Both the position numbers and the translations under genes were made by a program. Source: Raillietiella orientalis (taxonomy: Eukaryota). Taken from it: DNA of 64,000 bases. Every line of letters begins with the position of its first letter. Position 1 is the stretch's first letter. Below, piece after piece: positions 1-12,100 of this stretch. The notes beneath the pieces were generated by a model. It saw only the letters and a program-made list of their open reading frames with translations, was not told the DNA's origin and did no database searches. Location: positions 5,022,001 to 5,086,000 of the forward strand of contig JAYWIR010000003.1 in the NCBI GenBank assembly GCA_036172245.1, read 5' to 3'.

Positions 1-3000
1 TGGGGATCCACGTGCAGAAGGAAGCCGTCCATGGCGTGTAGGGGTTTTCTTCCCCCACACGTCCGGGTACACGTGGCGGAGGAGCTGCTGCCACGGCCTG
101 CATGAATGGAATTTCTACATGTTTTTTTTTTCTTTTACATTATTTTTTTTTCTTCTCTTGCCGTGGTTCCGTTTTCTAGGAGTGAACGTGTAAGGAAAGC
201 TGTTGCTAGGACGCCTGTTTTTCCCCTCTGGTCTCGTCCTCTCCCTCCCGGAGTTTCTCCCCACTCTGCCCCTGGCACCTAGTGCGGGTTCCATCAATCG
301 CCGTGCTCGACTCTTCCCATTAGCGCCGCATGCACGTTTAGTGCTGACCTCTGCTCTTCGTGCCCTCTGGCCGCGGGTTCCTGGTGGGTTGCGCGAATCT
401 GTTAACCTCATGGCGGCCTCCGCCTCTCGCGCGCTGCCGCTGCCGCTGCCGCTGCCCAGGCGCGCCCTCGCTCTTCAGTGGATGCGTGGGCCTCATGATT
501 TTCACCCACTCCAGCTTCGGGTCACGGAGCTCCTGAGAGCGTTCGTCCTCCGTTTCCTTCCCTTCTCCTTGCTCTCCGGGTTCCTCCCTCCGCTTCCCTA
601 CAGCTCGGAGAAGTGCGCGCTTTTAGGACGCACGCGTCCGCTGCGCGAGGGACGCACGGTGCGGCTGCTCTTGAGGATGCTCTTGCGGCCCTCCCGCTCG
701 TGATGGCCGTGCCGTGCAGACCTGCGGCTCTCGGCCGTCGGTAAGGTCTTTCTGGACGCCTGCGCAACGTGTCGTCGGAGAGAGAGGCCTCACCTTCGCC
801 CGCGAGCGACGAAGCGACGGGAAGAGGGTGTGGTGGTGGTGGTGGTGGTCCCTCCCCCCCTACCCCCTCGGTAAACTCGGTTGACCGGAAGCGCCCGATC
901 AGCGGCGGGAAGAGGAAAGGAAGAGGTCAGGGAAGTCCGCTATCGCCGTGTCTGCGCGCGCGCGCGGTTGTCAACAGCTCCCCTGCCCTGCGCGCACACC
1001 TGGTCTGAAGCGCCGCCGCTGGATCCGTTCGGTGCTCCAAGCGGCTGCTCGCCGACACGCACGGATGGGGAAGGCGGCACGCGCGGCTACCCGGCGGCGA
1101 CGCGGTTGGTTGCGTGAGATCTCGCACGGAAGAGCAAATAGGTCGCGGGGGATGGCGGGCGTGAGCAGAGGAACGGTGGCTCCATGTTTGGACCATCCCC
1201 ACACGTCTCCTCGACGGCTCAGTGGAAGGGTGCGCGCGGGGCGCGTGCACTCTGCTTCACTCTTCCTCTCCTCCTCCCTTCCCCCTCCCCCGTAAGCCCA
1301 TCCCCGACTGGAGGGAACGGAACTAGCCGAAGACGAGCGGCGAAGGAACTCTCCTTGGCGCTGACACCAACTCCGCGGAACCTCCTGGACCTTCTGGAGT
1401 TCGCGCGGGTGCTCAAGCGCGCGAGGATCGAAAACGACGCATGGCTGGGAGCCGGACCATCCCCAGGAGTTCCAAGTCGCCCTCGTCGGGCTCGGCTCAC
1501 TAGGAGCCGTGGAGAAGGACCGCTTAGGTGCTCATGGAGGACTCTTACGGAGGAGCAATCCAGGGGTTGCGCTCCTTCAAGGGTCACCGGGGAAGGGGAG
1601 GCGGGCCGGGAATCTGGGGGCACCCGCTCACGCGCCTCGGCCCTCCGCTGCAGTTGTCCCAGCTATCCATCCCGTTTTTGTGGGTTCCTGTCTCCTTCCT
1701 TGCCGTTTCCTGGCGCCGGAAAGTGGGGAGGCAGGAAAGGAACGGCGGGTTCCATGGGCTCCCCGCGGAAGTAGGGTCATCCCCCTTTCCGTGCCGGACT
1801 GCGACAGCGAGGGTGAGCAGGCGCGCGTCATTTCCCTTCTCCATCCGAGGTGATTTCCCTCCGGTCCCGCGACCACGGTACCACGCGCAGAGCACGCGCC
1901 TCCCCCACGAACCGCCGCCTCCCACCCCACGAGTTCTCCCCGCTGCCCGCATTCGTCCTCCCTTCAGCCCTCTCCGCCCTGGGCGGCGTTCCCCGCCTTA
2001 TGGCCTTCGACGGTGGAGGGGAGGCCCGCCGGACTCTCCCTCGTCGCTACGACGGGAAGATCCGCTTCCCCCCTCCCTTACACGCGCCGCTCTCGGAGGT
2101 CGCGAGGGGTCGTCGTCGCAGGAAGAATCCGCCAATTCCGTGGTCACCAGCGCCTGGGGCGCTTCCGTTTTCGCGGCTGCGGAAAGGAGCGTGGGCACTG
2201 CCGACCCTGGGGCGCTGTCGTCGCCACCAGAGCAGCACCCGGCAGGGGGAGAGCTCCCCCCGCACCCGGGAGCAGGCGGCAGGCGGGGGCACGCCCTCAC
2301 TCCTCCTCTCTTCCCTCCCCCAGCGAAGATCTCCAGCTCCTCCTCCCCCTCTGGGATATCCTCGCATCTCCTCCTTGGCAAGCCCCAGTGAGCTCCTTCG
2401 CTCTCCTGTGGAGATCTTCGGCGTCGTCACCCGGATCCTTCCCTCGGGAGGACTCTTTGGCAACTTCCAGAGACCTCGAGATGACCCCCGTCCCTCGCCG
2501 GTGGCCCGTCGTGCGAGCGTCGTGCTGGGCGCGAGGCTTCCTCGAGCCCTCCCCCTGGAGCTCATGTCACCTGGCCTGGCGTCAGAACCACGGCAACGGC
2601 AGACGACTTCAGGGTGTAGGAGCTGGGTGGACGCTGCGCTGACGAGTAGGAGGCGCCACCAACGTCTTCGCGCGGGAGGCGCTCCTTCCGGCGCACCTAA
2701 CGCGTGGGTTCTTCCCACGCGCACAGAAAAAGTTGCTACCCTTTTTCTCTCTTCCAGGGGAAGGGAGGGAGTGGTGGTGGTGGTGGTGGTTCTGAGGAAG
2801 GGCACGCCCTCTCGGAATGTCTCTCGGCAGGCGGGCCCTCGCAGAGAGGGCCGCCGGAGGCACCAGACAAGGAAGGGGAGGGGAAGGGAGAGGCGCGTGA
2901 GGAGCAGGCGGACCTTCCCGCTCGCGTATGGAGCAAAGGGCGGCACCCCCCCCCTCCTTCTCCACCCTCTCTCTCTCCGGACTCTGCTGCTCCCGAGGAG

Positions 3001-5499
3001 TGGGTGCTTCGCCCGCGGCCTTGGCGTCGACTTCGCCGCGCCCTTCCTCTCCGAGCGGCTCATCCGGTGCGGCGGTGCGTTTCCTCCTCCTCCTCCTCCC
3101 TTCCTCCCCTGCTTCTTCGCTTTCGGCCTCCTTCCGCATTTTCCTCTGCCTGCGAACCCTTTCCGTCGTCTGGCTAGCCTTGGTCGGGGGGAGGGAAGAA
3201 TCCCCTCTTCCTCCTCCAGTCAGGGTCTTCCCTTCCCGCCGCTGCTGTCGGTTGAGCCACGGACCCCCGCGATCCACCCCGAAGGCGGTAGCCCAGGTTC
3301 CTTTTCGCCCCGGGGGTGGCGCTGGTGACTTCGCGAGAGAGGAAAGAGAACTCTCGATTTGTCGACCCCGTCCTCTCCTCCTCCTCCGGCTCTACTTGCC
3401 AGTCCCGCCCTGCTTTGTCCCGAGGCTGCAGGGTCTCCTAGTGAAGGTCTCCGAAGACTCCGAGCGCCTCCGGACAAGCCGAAGAGCTTGTCGGTAGACG
3501 CGGCCGAAGGAGCGGGAAGCGTCTCTGATTAGAGGGTGAGAAGTCGGCTGTACGGCCGGGAACGCAGGCGAGTGTCGGACGATCGGCTCCAGAAGGGGAG
3601 GCGAGCCAAGGGTAGCGACAAGGAAGGTGAGAGGGATGACCATCAGCCGGGGAACGCGTCGCTGATCCTGGGGAGGTCCCTCGCGAGTAGGGAGGTGAAC
3701 TGGACTGCGGGAGGGGACTCTGCGAGCTCCCCCTCTGCGCCCACGCAGGGCAGCCCTTGGAGGGTCGTCCGCAAGCCGCGAGGTCTACCCGAGGGAAGAC
3801 GGTGAGCCGCAGGCAACTCTGGGAACCCTCTGGGGATCTGCGCGGCCCAGCGTCTCTCCCCGCTACCGGCTGTTCCCCTTCGGGGTTCGGGCAGCCTTTG
3901 CCTCGGGGGAAGGGGAGGCAGCGTCTTACCTCGCCCAGCGGGATCGCAGGAAGGAGATCCTTCTCCTCCTCTCCCGTCCTCCCCAAACGACTTGGCTCTT
4001 CCTCATCCGCGCCTGCGACCCGTTGGGTCCTGCAATAGGTGGTTCCGGTTCGAATTTGCTCATGTAGCCGGAAATGGGGGAAACCTGCGCTCTCCGGGGG
4101 GACCTCTACCGAGCGGAAGCGGAAGCTCCCAGGCGGCGATCTTCTCTTCCAGGAATTCTTTGGTCCCCAATCCGCAGTGCCTTTGGGAAGCGAAGGAAGG
4201 GAACTGGGCCGGCCGCTCCTCGCCCCCCACCCCTCCTCCCGTCCCGAGCGGGCGCGAGGAGTGGCTTGCCTTCGGGGCCTCGATCTCGCCTCCCGGTGGT
4301 CTCAGGAAGGACTCCGCCGGGGTAGAGCGCAGGGGTAGAAGCTGGGCGCGGTAAAGCGGTGACCACCCTGCCTTCGTCCCATGCGCTCGGACGCCGCCGG
4401 CGACATTTTCGCGCCACTCCCGGCAGCTCGTCGTGGGTTCCGATCCGACCGAGCCGCAGGGAAGGCATGAGGCACGGTTGCTGACCCGACCTCGGAGTCT
4501 CCACAGTTACTGGCATCAATCGGAGGTTCCCGGAAGAGACGCAAGAAGTTTCCATCTTGCTCTTTCCCGACGCCCGAGGGACGGGATACAGGGGCTCCTC
4601 CTTCTTTTCTTGTCTCTGAGGTCGCGTGGAGGTCATGGCGGTGAGGTTGCTTGCTGCAGCAAGGACCTCAATGTGGTGGACTTTCGCTCAGGAATCCCAT
4701 CGATCGCCCACGCGTTTCCTTCGCGGCCAAGCACTTCCGGTTTCCCTCGTTGGGGAGGAAGTTGGATGATGCGTCACCGCCGCCGAAGCGCGGTACCCGC
4801 TCAGTGCGGCCGCCGTTCGCGCCCTCGCCACAGTCGCCTGGCTTCAACCGCGGAGGGGGGGGGGGGAGAGGAAAGAGATGTGCCCTCGAGTTTCTCCGCC
4901 TTCGGCAAAGGGACGTTCCTCTTAGAGCTGGAAGATTGACTTGGTAGTAGCCATCCTCCTGTCCAAGAGCATGTGCTGCGAGCTGTTCCCTCGGCTCCCC
5001 TCGGACGGACCCCGCGGTTACCGGGGTGACAGGGATTGCTCCTTAGTCTTTCATCAGCTGAACTGCTCAGAGGAATTCTCTCTGATTCTCTTTCCAGAGA
5101 ATCAGAGAGGATTCATCATGGAAACCTCATCAAGGTGGTTCGGAGAGAATGGATGAATTCTCGGATCCTCGAGTAGATAACCTTCCTCTCCAATGGACCA
5201 ACCAAGTTTTTTTTTTTTTTTTCTTCTGCCGTGCAATCCATGGCGACTGATGACGGCTGGTTCTTCACGGCTCCCTTCTGTCTTCCACGCTCAAGAGCCA
5301 AGCAAGTGGATCTGCCAAGGTGGTCTCAGTTCGGAGACTGAGTCTCTTTCGGAAAGGTCTCACAACTTGCTTGCGGAACCGAGGAGTCGTCCCAGCTCCA
5401 TGGAATTATTTTCCTTCTTTCTTCTGAAGAGAAAGGCAGAACGAGAGACGAGACAGCATCCAGCATTTCCTGAGGTACGTCGCCAGCCTCGCTTTCACT

Positions 5500-6450
5500 C
5501 CGGGTGGGAACAGTGATGTGCGCGCACCTCCGTTTTCCGAAGCCACTCAGACGGCCATTATTGGATTCAGGAACCATCTGAGATGGAAACTGTGGACAGT
5601 GACCTGTTCCTTCACATGCTTCGAGAATCTGCGTGATTGGTTCATCAGCCTGCAGCCACATCGGACCCTTGCACCCATCCCAAGAATGCTTCCCAAGGGA
5701 CTTCTTATAAGGAAACACAGTCCAAGTGGAGGAAACACGCATTCATCCAGATTCCAGGGCGCCAGCAGGGGTGAACCACCTTTTGTTCCCTGGAAAGAAA
5801 TAGCTTTCGTGACTCCTGCGGGAGTTCCTATGGGTGGCGGACCGGTGGAATCGCACAGGATGAGCATTCAATACTCCCGTAGATTCCTCCTGCGGGAAAC
5901 ATCCCGCCCGTCTTGAAACTCGTTGGCTTTCACCCACGCATGCCGAGAGTCTCCTCAACAGAAAGTTCTGTTTTGAAAGGTCTAATTTTTCGGTGGGTGA
6001 TCAGAGCTTCTCTCACAGAGCGCCCTAGGGTTCTTTTTAACTGGACTCGCAATGGAGTCCCTCACTCACGAGGGATCATGGTCACCAGGAGATACCCAAG
6101 AAAAACCATTTTACCTCTGGTTGGATTTTTGACCCATTTGGCCCCTGGCAAAGCAAGCGTGGGAGCACTGCAGTCAGCACAGTCCTGAAGTGCTGATGTG
6201 CGTGAAATGATCTGTCTTGTCAAAGCCAGTAACGTAATTGGCATGCAGCTTCGGAGCTTTAAGGACACTGATCCTTAAAACTCCGAAGCTGAAATGGGCC
6301 AGCTGCTCCTCGAGGCTGGCCCAGTTCCCGGAGGTTCTGCGGACCGGGAACGAAAGAGGAATTCCTGAGGGAGGAATCGTCGATTTATATCCACTTTCAT
6401 ATCGACCTTTTCTTGCCGACAAGTGCATTTCGTCTTATGGATCTCCTAAC
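5500..6450 (-). mobile_element. Highly decayed L1/Tx1-like reverse transcriptase relic
   Basis: Minus-strand fragments KSTIPPSGIPLSF...W (cf. KSPGPDGIP.EFY..W) and LRSCMPITLL...QIISR (cf. NWRPITLLN.DYKI) occur in the expected order, broken by frameshifts. Boundaries approximate. Confidence 0.45.
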
Positions 6451-7149
6451 GGAGGCAAAGTGCCATCTTCGTAATCTTGCACATGCTTCCCTAAACCGTT
6501 AAATCGTGTTTTCTGGAAGTGAATTACTTCAGTCCCCCTTTCGGACTCGTCTCAGACAGGCAATTGGACAGTTCGAATCTTCCGTCGTAGGAAATCAAGG
6601 GCAAATTGAGGAGGATTTCTCGTTTTTCCTGTTCATCCATCTCTTTCCGCATCTCCGTTCACACATCCACTTTTCCAAGTTGTCGCTATAGGTGGAGGCA
6701 AGTTCTGTGAGCTTTCATCACATCCTGTTTCTTGCGCTGTTCACTTTTGGTGTTCCCACTTCACCTTCTTTTACGCTTACCTCTTGGAATCCTCCTCTGG
6801 ATCAATGTAAAAGTCGGAATAGGAGGACCGCAATAAGAGGACATGGTGAATAAAAAAAAGCTGAAGTTTCTTTTCTTCTCCGTGCCGCTTCCTTGGTGAC
6901 CGACTAATCACGTTTGCAAAAAAGCATCCTTGACAAAAGCTTGGCAACTCTGCCTCGCTCCATGGAGGCCCGTGTGCATCAGACAGTTATCAAAAAACGG
7001 GATGGCACGGGGTGTAATCGATCACTGCATTGCTCCGTTCATAAACTTTGTTGGACGTAAGTTAACCCTGCTACACTTTCGACCTACTCGATCGTCTCTT
7101 GTTTCCCTCAAAGTTACCAGGGAGGCAAGTTGCCATCGGGTTCATTCTC

Positions 7150-7750
7150 CCGCCACAGTGCATCTTTAAAAACGAAAACACCACTTTTCCTTTAGAACGG
7201 CTGAAAGTTTACAACAAAGTAAGTGATGCGCCAACGTTCCTTCGTTTGGCTGCGATGAGTGTCCTTAAAGCTCTGAAAATTTCTTATAATGACATAGACG
7301 CCAGACGACGAAAAAAGAAGCTCTTCGAGTTCTTAGCCGATAATCGACCTGCAGGACCAGGCAAAGACTGAAGAAGTGATAGCCTCTGGTAGAGATCCTA
7401 AGAAGTTATTGGAAAGCGAACCAATAGAAGCATAGCCAATTTTCTTCCAAACGTTCGCTTCCTCTTTCCTCTCCGCAAATGTATATATGGAGAGTGCTGG
7501 GGCACTTGGCAAACGACAACATCCAGAGATGTTACTGTTTGCCAGGTGTTGCATATTGGAGAAATGTTCAGGTATCTCATCGCTGACAGTGATCTGGGGA
7601 GATGCAGCAATTCCAAGCAGGATAACTGCTTCTCTCCCACATGGGGAGAGAGAGAAGTAGTCATTTGGGAATTCTATTTGTCTTCATCACTCTATCCCTT
7701 ACACAACATAAACTTTGCAACAGTTGCAAATCAGGAAACCAGTCCGAACC
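7150..7750 (+). mobile_element. Possible decayed 3' part (zinc-binding region) of an L1-like ORF2
   Basis: VCQVLHIGEMFRYLIADS loosely resembles the C..C...ET..HL knuckle; many stops. Confidence 0.25.
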
Positions 7751-8299
7751 CATTATAACTAAAAAACGACTGAAGGGCAAAGAGTCGTTCCTACGCAGAG
7801 TGACAGCTGCTCATTGGGTAAGCATTCGTGTTCTTTCACGTTCGCAAGAGCAGAAAAATGGATCCTCCTCTCCTCTGTCGACCAGGCGCGAGCCATAAAG
7901 AAAGAATGCATTCCTGTCAAACAGTACTACGAGTGGAAGAAAGTGCCATAAACCTTATTATGGCCCCTCCAAACAAGTAACAGTCGCAAGAAAAGTGCCA
8001 GAAAGAAGGTTATACAAACAGTTTCCGTCATCTCTTCCACGGAATGCATTTTATTCAGGTTTCTCTTGCCGTTTCAGATCCCCCCCTCCCCCAAATGAAA
8101 GTAACCAAAAATACTTTCCAAAAAAAAAAAAAAGGAAAAAAGAAAAAAAACACAGTTCTTCATTCACATTTAGTAGGTTGCCGCCGCACCATTGCACACT
8201 ACTAATCGTGTCGTCTGCAACTGTCCTGGATAGCTCTTTCATGACAAGGAGATAATCTCCTTACAAAGCATAGTAAAAACGAAAAATAACAAAACGGTT

Positions 8300-8850
8300 T
8301 AGTAAACTGCTCCCAATCTCACTCCTGGGTGGCGACTGCTCGGAGACGCAGCCTTTCTTCAGCGCCCACCACCTTCGCAGATACGATAAAAAGATCGAGC
8401 AGCTTTCTCGGACGATTTTTCGAAAGCATGGCAGTGGCTCCACGATCCCTTTCGAGACGAAACGGTGCTGCCACGCCCGGCCCATCAGCAGGAAGGAACG
8501 CCCTGTGATCGGAACAGACGCTGATGAAGATCGGTCCTCGCGGATCTCTGTTCTGGACACCGGGATGCATTCTCAACAGCTAAATACGCCCCCGTGTCAA
8601 TCGCTGCTTTATGCCGAAGCAAAAAGTGGATGGTAGAAAACCTGGAAGCCCTAGGGGGCTCGGTTTGCCAAGTGGCCATGATCACATGGTGATCGATCCG
8701 ACGGGTTTTTTTTTCAAAGTGCATGAGACTTAAAGAGGCCACTGGATGTACACAATCAATAGGAACACCACGAAGCTGTTGAGTGTTACCAGCTTGCACC
8801 TTATTTTCTGGAAGCATGTGCTACTACTTGGATGCCAACGACATAGGCAA
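8300..8850 (-). mobile_element. Possible decayed APE-endonuclease relic of a LINE
   Basis: KTRRIDHHVI resembles the (S)RIDY motif of LINE APE domains; GC-richer than neighbouring DNA. Confidence 0.3.
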
Positions 8851-9118
8851 TGAATGATCTTTCTGAAATGACTTTTGGGAAGATCACTTGGAACGACGCA
8901 GTTCCGAGATCTTCTCAGATCACGTCATCTAGGAGTTCCTGTTTGAGAACGCTTACACGAAAGGGTCTGAAATGACGTCTTGAGAATCAAGGCATTCAAG
9001 AACATGCTTTATTTTGTAGCTTCATCACTTTCACCCACCCATGGGCAGGGGCCGCCTGCTTACTGAATTTTGGCGCGAAACTATTCCATGAACAGCGTTT
9101 CCGTAGCCTTCAACCAAA

Positions 9119-12100
9119 TCAAGGTCTGAATGAGCGTAAGGACTGACAATAAAGTGACAACAAGTCTATCTCGGCAACCACACTATTAATGTGTGTTCCA
9201 AAGGAAAAGCAGTTTCCGCCACCTCCCCAAATCATTAATTTATGGCCCGCTAAAATAACATCGTGGTTGTGCAGCAACACAGGATACATAACGCTTTGCA
9301 TCTGAAACACAATCTAAGCACCGGCAGTAAAGCATCCGAGGTTTCTTACTGGAGGGTCAAAGTTGACCGAGATCCATGAGTTAGTATTTACGATGCTAAC
9401 AGCGGGGCACTGTCCTCTGATGCTGACTCCTCCAACAATAATGATCTTTTGTTCGTGATACACCATTTTGTGTGAATATCTTGGTTCTATAGGATCATGG
9501 CAAGGAACCTGGACCCATGATCCTGACACTACGCTGAAGAGCCACATGCGGCTACACGCGGCCACGCCTTCTGAACTGAGACCACCGAACAAGAACACCT
9601 GCTGCATCTCTGGGATCAAGCACATATCATGAGAGTGTCTTGCTGCTGGCCAAGAAGTTGAATTGTGCGGCTGCTTTTTCCACAAAAGTGACGACTGATC
9701 AAGAAGCCAGCAATCGGAAAACACCTAAGAGAATTTCCTTCAGTACGTCATTTAACATTCGAAATCAACACGAGACATTTTTCCCTTTCACCAAGTTTCA
9801 TTTTCATCGATTTAAGTGCTTACATGCAATTTTGGCGCGCACAAGGAATGAGTTCATTCAGGGATCATGATAAATTTTTCAAGACATGATTACAATAAAA
9901 GGTCTAAAGAGCATCATGAGAATACTCATTAGGCTTCGGGAATTAATTGGAAATCGTAGCTGTTCTATTAACCTTGTAGAATTGCCCCAAAACATTGAGC
10001 ACGATGAAATAAAAAATCATCTGGATAAGGAAACATTCAAAACATCCAAAAACTCGATCAAAAATTTAATTGCTAGCCAACGTGAGATAGCATTTAAACC
10101 CACCATTTACCTCAAGTTTCCCTATGTGATAAGGGCCAAATCTGTGGCAGCCCACAATACGGCATTAATAGAGCAAATCATGAATGGAGTTAAGGGTTAT
10201 AAGAATTTGACCCGAAAGGTTACCATTGACATTTATCACATTATTAACACATTGCTTCCATCCGCATGAATAAATAACAACATGCAAAGTTCATACAATG
10301 TTCGAAATTCGCAATTCAAATCTTTGAATGCATGAACTGAAGATCAGGGATTGATTAATCACAGCAATCCATTAGCCAAATATAAAATAAAACCTTCGTT
10401 ACGTGGGAAAGAGCATTAGAAAAATTTCTGCAATAACTTACAATAAATTTTGCAATATTGTTTCTTAATACTAACAAAATGCGAGTATCAAAACATGAGT
10501 ATCACTTGAACACAGACTCACAGTATCATTGTTCCGTCCTCCAAACAGCACGAGCATATTTTGGAGTACAACAGCAGCATGTCTCCATCTTGCTTGTGGA
10601 CCATTACTCCATGTAATAGGTCTAATGCTAACCTGAGTTTCTGAGTTCAAATCTAGAAGGAGGCATTCTTTCTGAGGTTTTGAAGGCGATGTTCTCCCAA
10701 ACAACACCAACAACTGCCCACTTTCTAATAGATGGCATGAAGAATACATCCGTTCCAGCAATGGATCACCATCATGCAATATTTGCACTGCAAAATCACT
10801 CAAGTCGGTGCTTGTCACTTGTGAATTACGATGGTTCCGAAATCCACCAATGGTTATCACCTTATTCTTATGTAACACATTACAGTGACCATAACACTGT
10901 AGAGAACAAGGATGCAGTTGCCAACTTAGCACTTGGGTGGGCATTTGTTCAAATTCCAATTGCTCAGGTAACAGTTGCGTAGCCATGCTTCTCCATTTAC
11001 CTTGAGAAGCACACAAAATAAAATAATGATTGCATTTGAGATGCAACCCTTCAAATTCATCAAATACTTCCAAGGACTCGGCACGATGACGTTCAGAATC
11101 ACCAAGAATAGTATAATAAAAGGTGTTCAAATCCATCTGGGAACAATGCTTCCATCCCTAAAGCAAAAGCCTGAAAAAATCATTCCATGAATAAATCATT
11201 CACCAGATCTATGAATCTTTTTTTTTGCGCAGCCAGATTAGGAAATAGCAAAATGTTCTGCAAGGGAGAACAAAGTTGTTTGAAATGCTGACACATAACT
11301 AGGCCAAAACCATCACTGGGCAACATCTGTTCATACAATAAAAGAATGCTATCTGGGAATCTACTTGCACACCAAGAAAGCAATTTGTGGCATCTAGCAA
11401 AGCATATACATCAATCAGTGCAACCGAATAATGTCTTAAAATCCCTTAAAAATAATAAATTACAAAGCCCTTAAAATCAAGTTGTGAAATTGAATATTAC
11501 CCGTCTATAGATAAGTATGTAATGCTGCATTCAGATATAAAGAGTGTTGTATGCGTGTAGTGCAGTCCCTCCACTTGCAAAACACGTTCAAAATGATCTA
11601 GGTTCTCTAAGTCAGCTCCAATTAATCGATAATTACTCATATGCAGAAAGCAGTTATTGCAGGGGACTAAAATCCACAAGAATATGCGTTAGGCGACAGT
11701 TTTGAGAAATGTGCTTCCTCAGAAATAAATTGCATTTCAAGAACTTCCAAATAGATAACTTAGAAGTATTTATTTTTCATTTATCTCAAGTCATATGGAA
11801 TCAATTAAGCAATCAACAAAAGAAAGCAAAAATACTCACTTTTCTGCTGTATGCATGATTTTATTTTATTGGATGATGCAAAGATTTCATATTTTTCTGA
11901 ACAAACACTTGGAAAATCAACTTCAAAGAGGATAAAATTGCAATGTGGAAAATCCCTTTGCAGATGAAAATAGAGAGTGTCATAGCCTGCTCCAAAAGAT
12001 ACCACCTGAAAAGTAGCATGACAGTTGGAGTTTCATGTCATATCCTGGAGATTCATTACAAAAACAAAATAAAAGCGCATGAAAAACTTGTTTAATTCAT

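Noticed and set aside
1..98. Minus-strand exon-like stretch (PWQQLLRHVYPDVWGKK...LHAMDGFLLHVDP) after a CAG acceptor
   Set aside because: Needs a frameshift to stay protein-like and is cut by the window edge; cannot be supported.
115..4940. Many long overlapping ORFs (e.g. 1850-3328, 492 aa)
   Set aside because: R/P/S/G/A-rich translations open in several frames at once, as expected from stop-codon scarcity in GC-rich DNA; no recognisable domain.
9886..10269. 127-aa plus-strand ORF inside a TYW4 intron
   Set aside because: No recognisable motif; probably chance or transposon debris.
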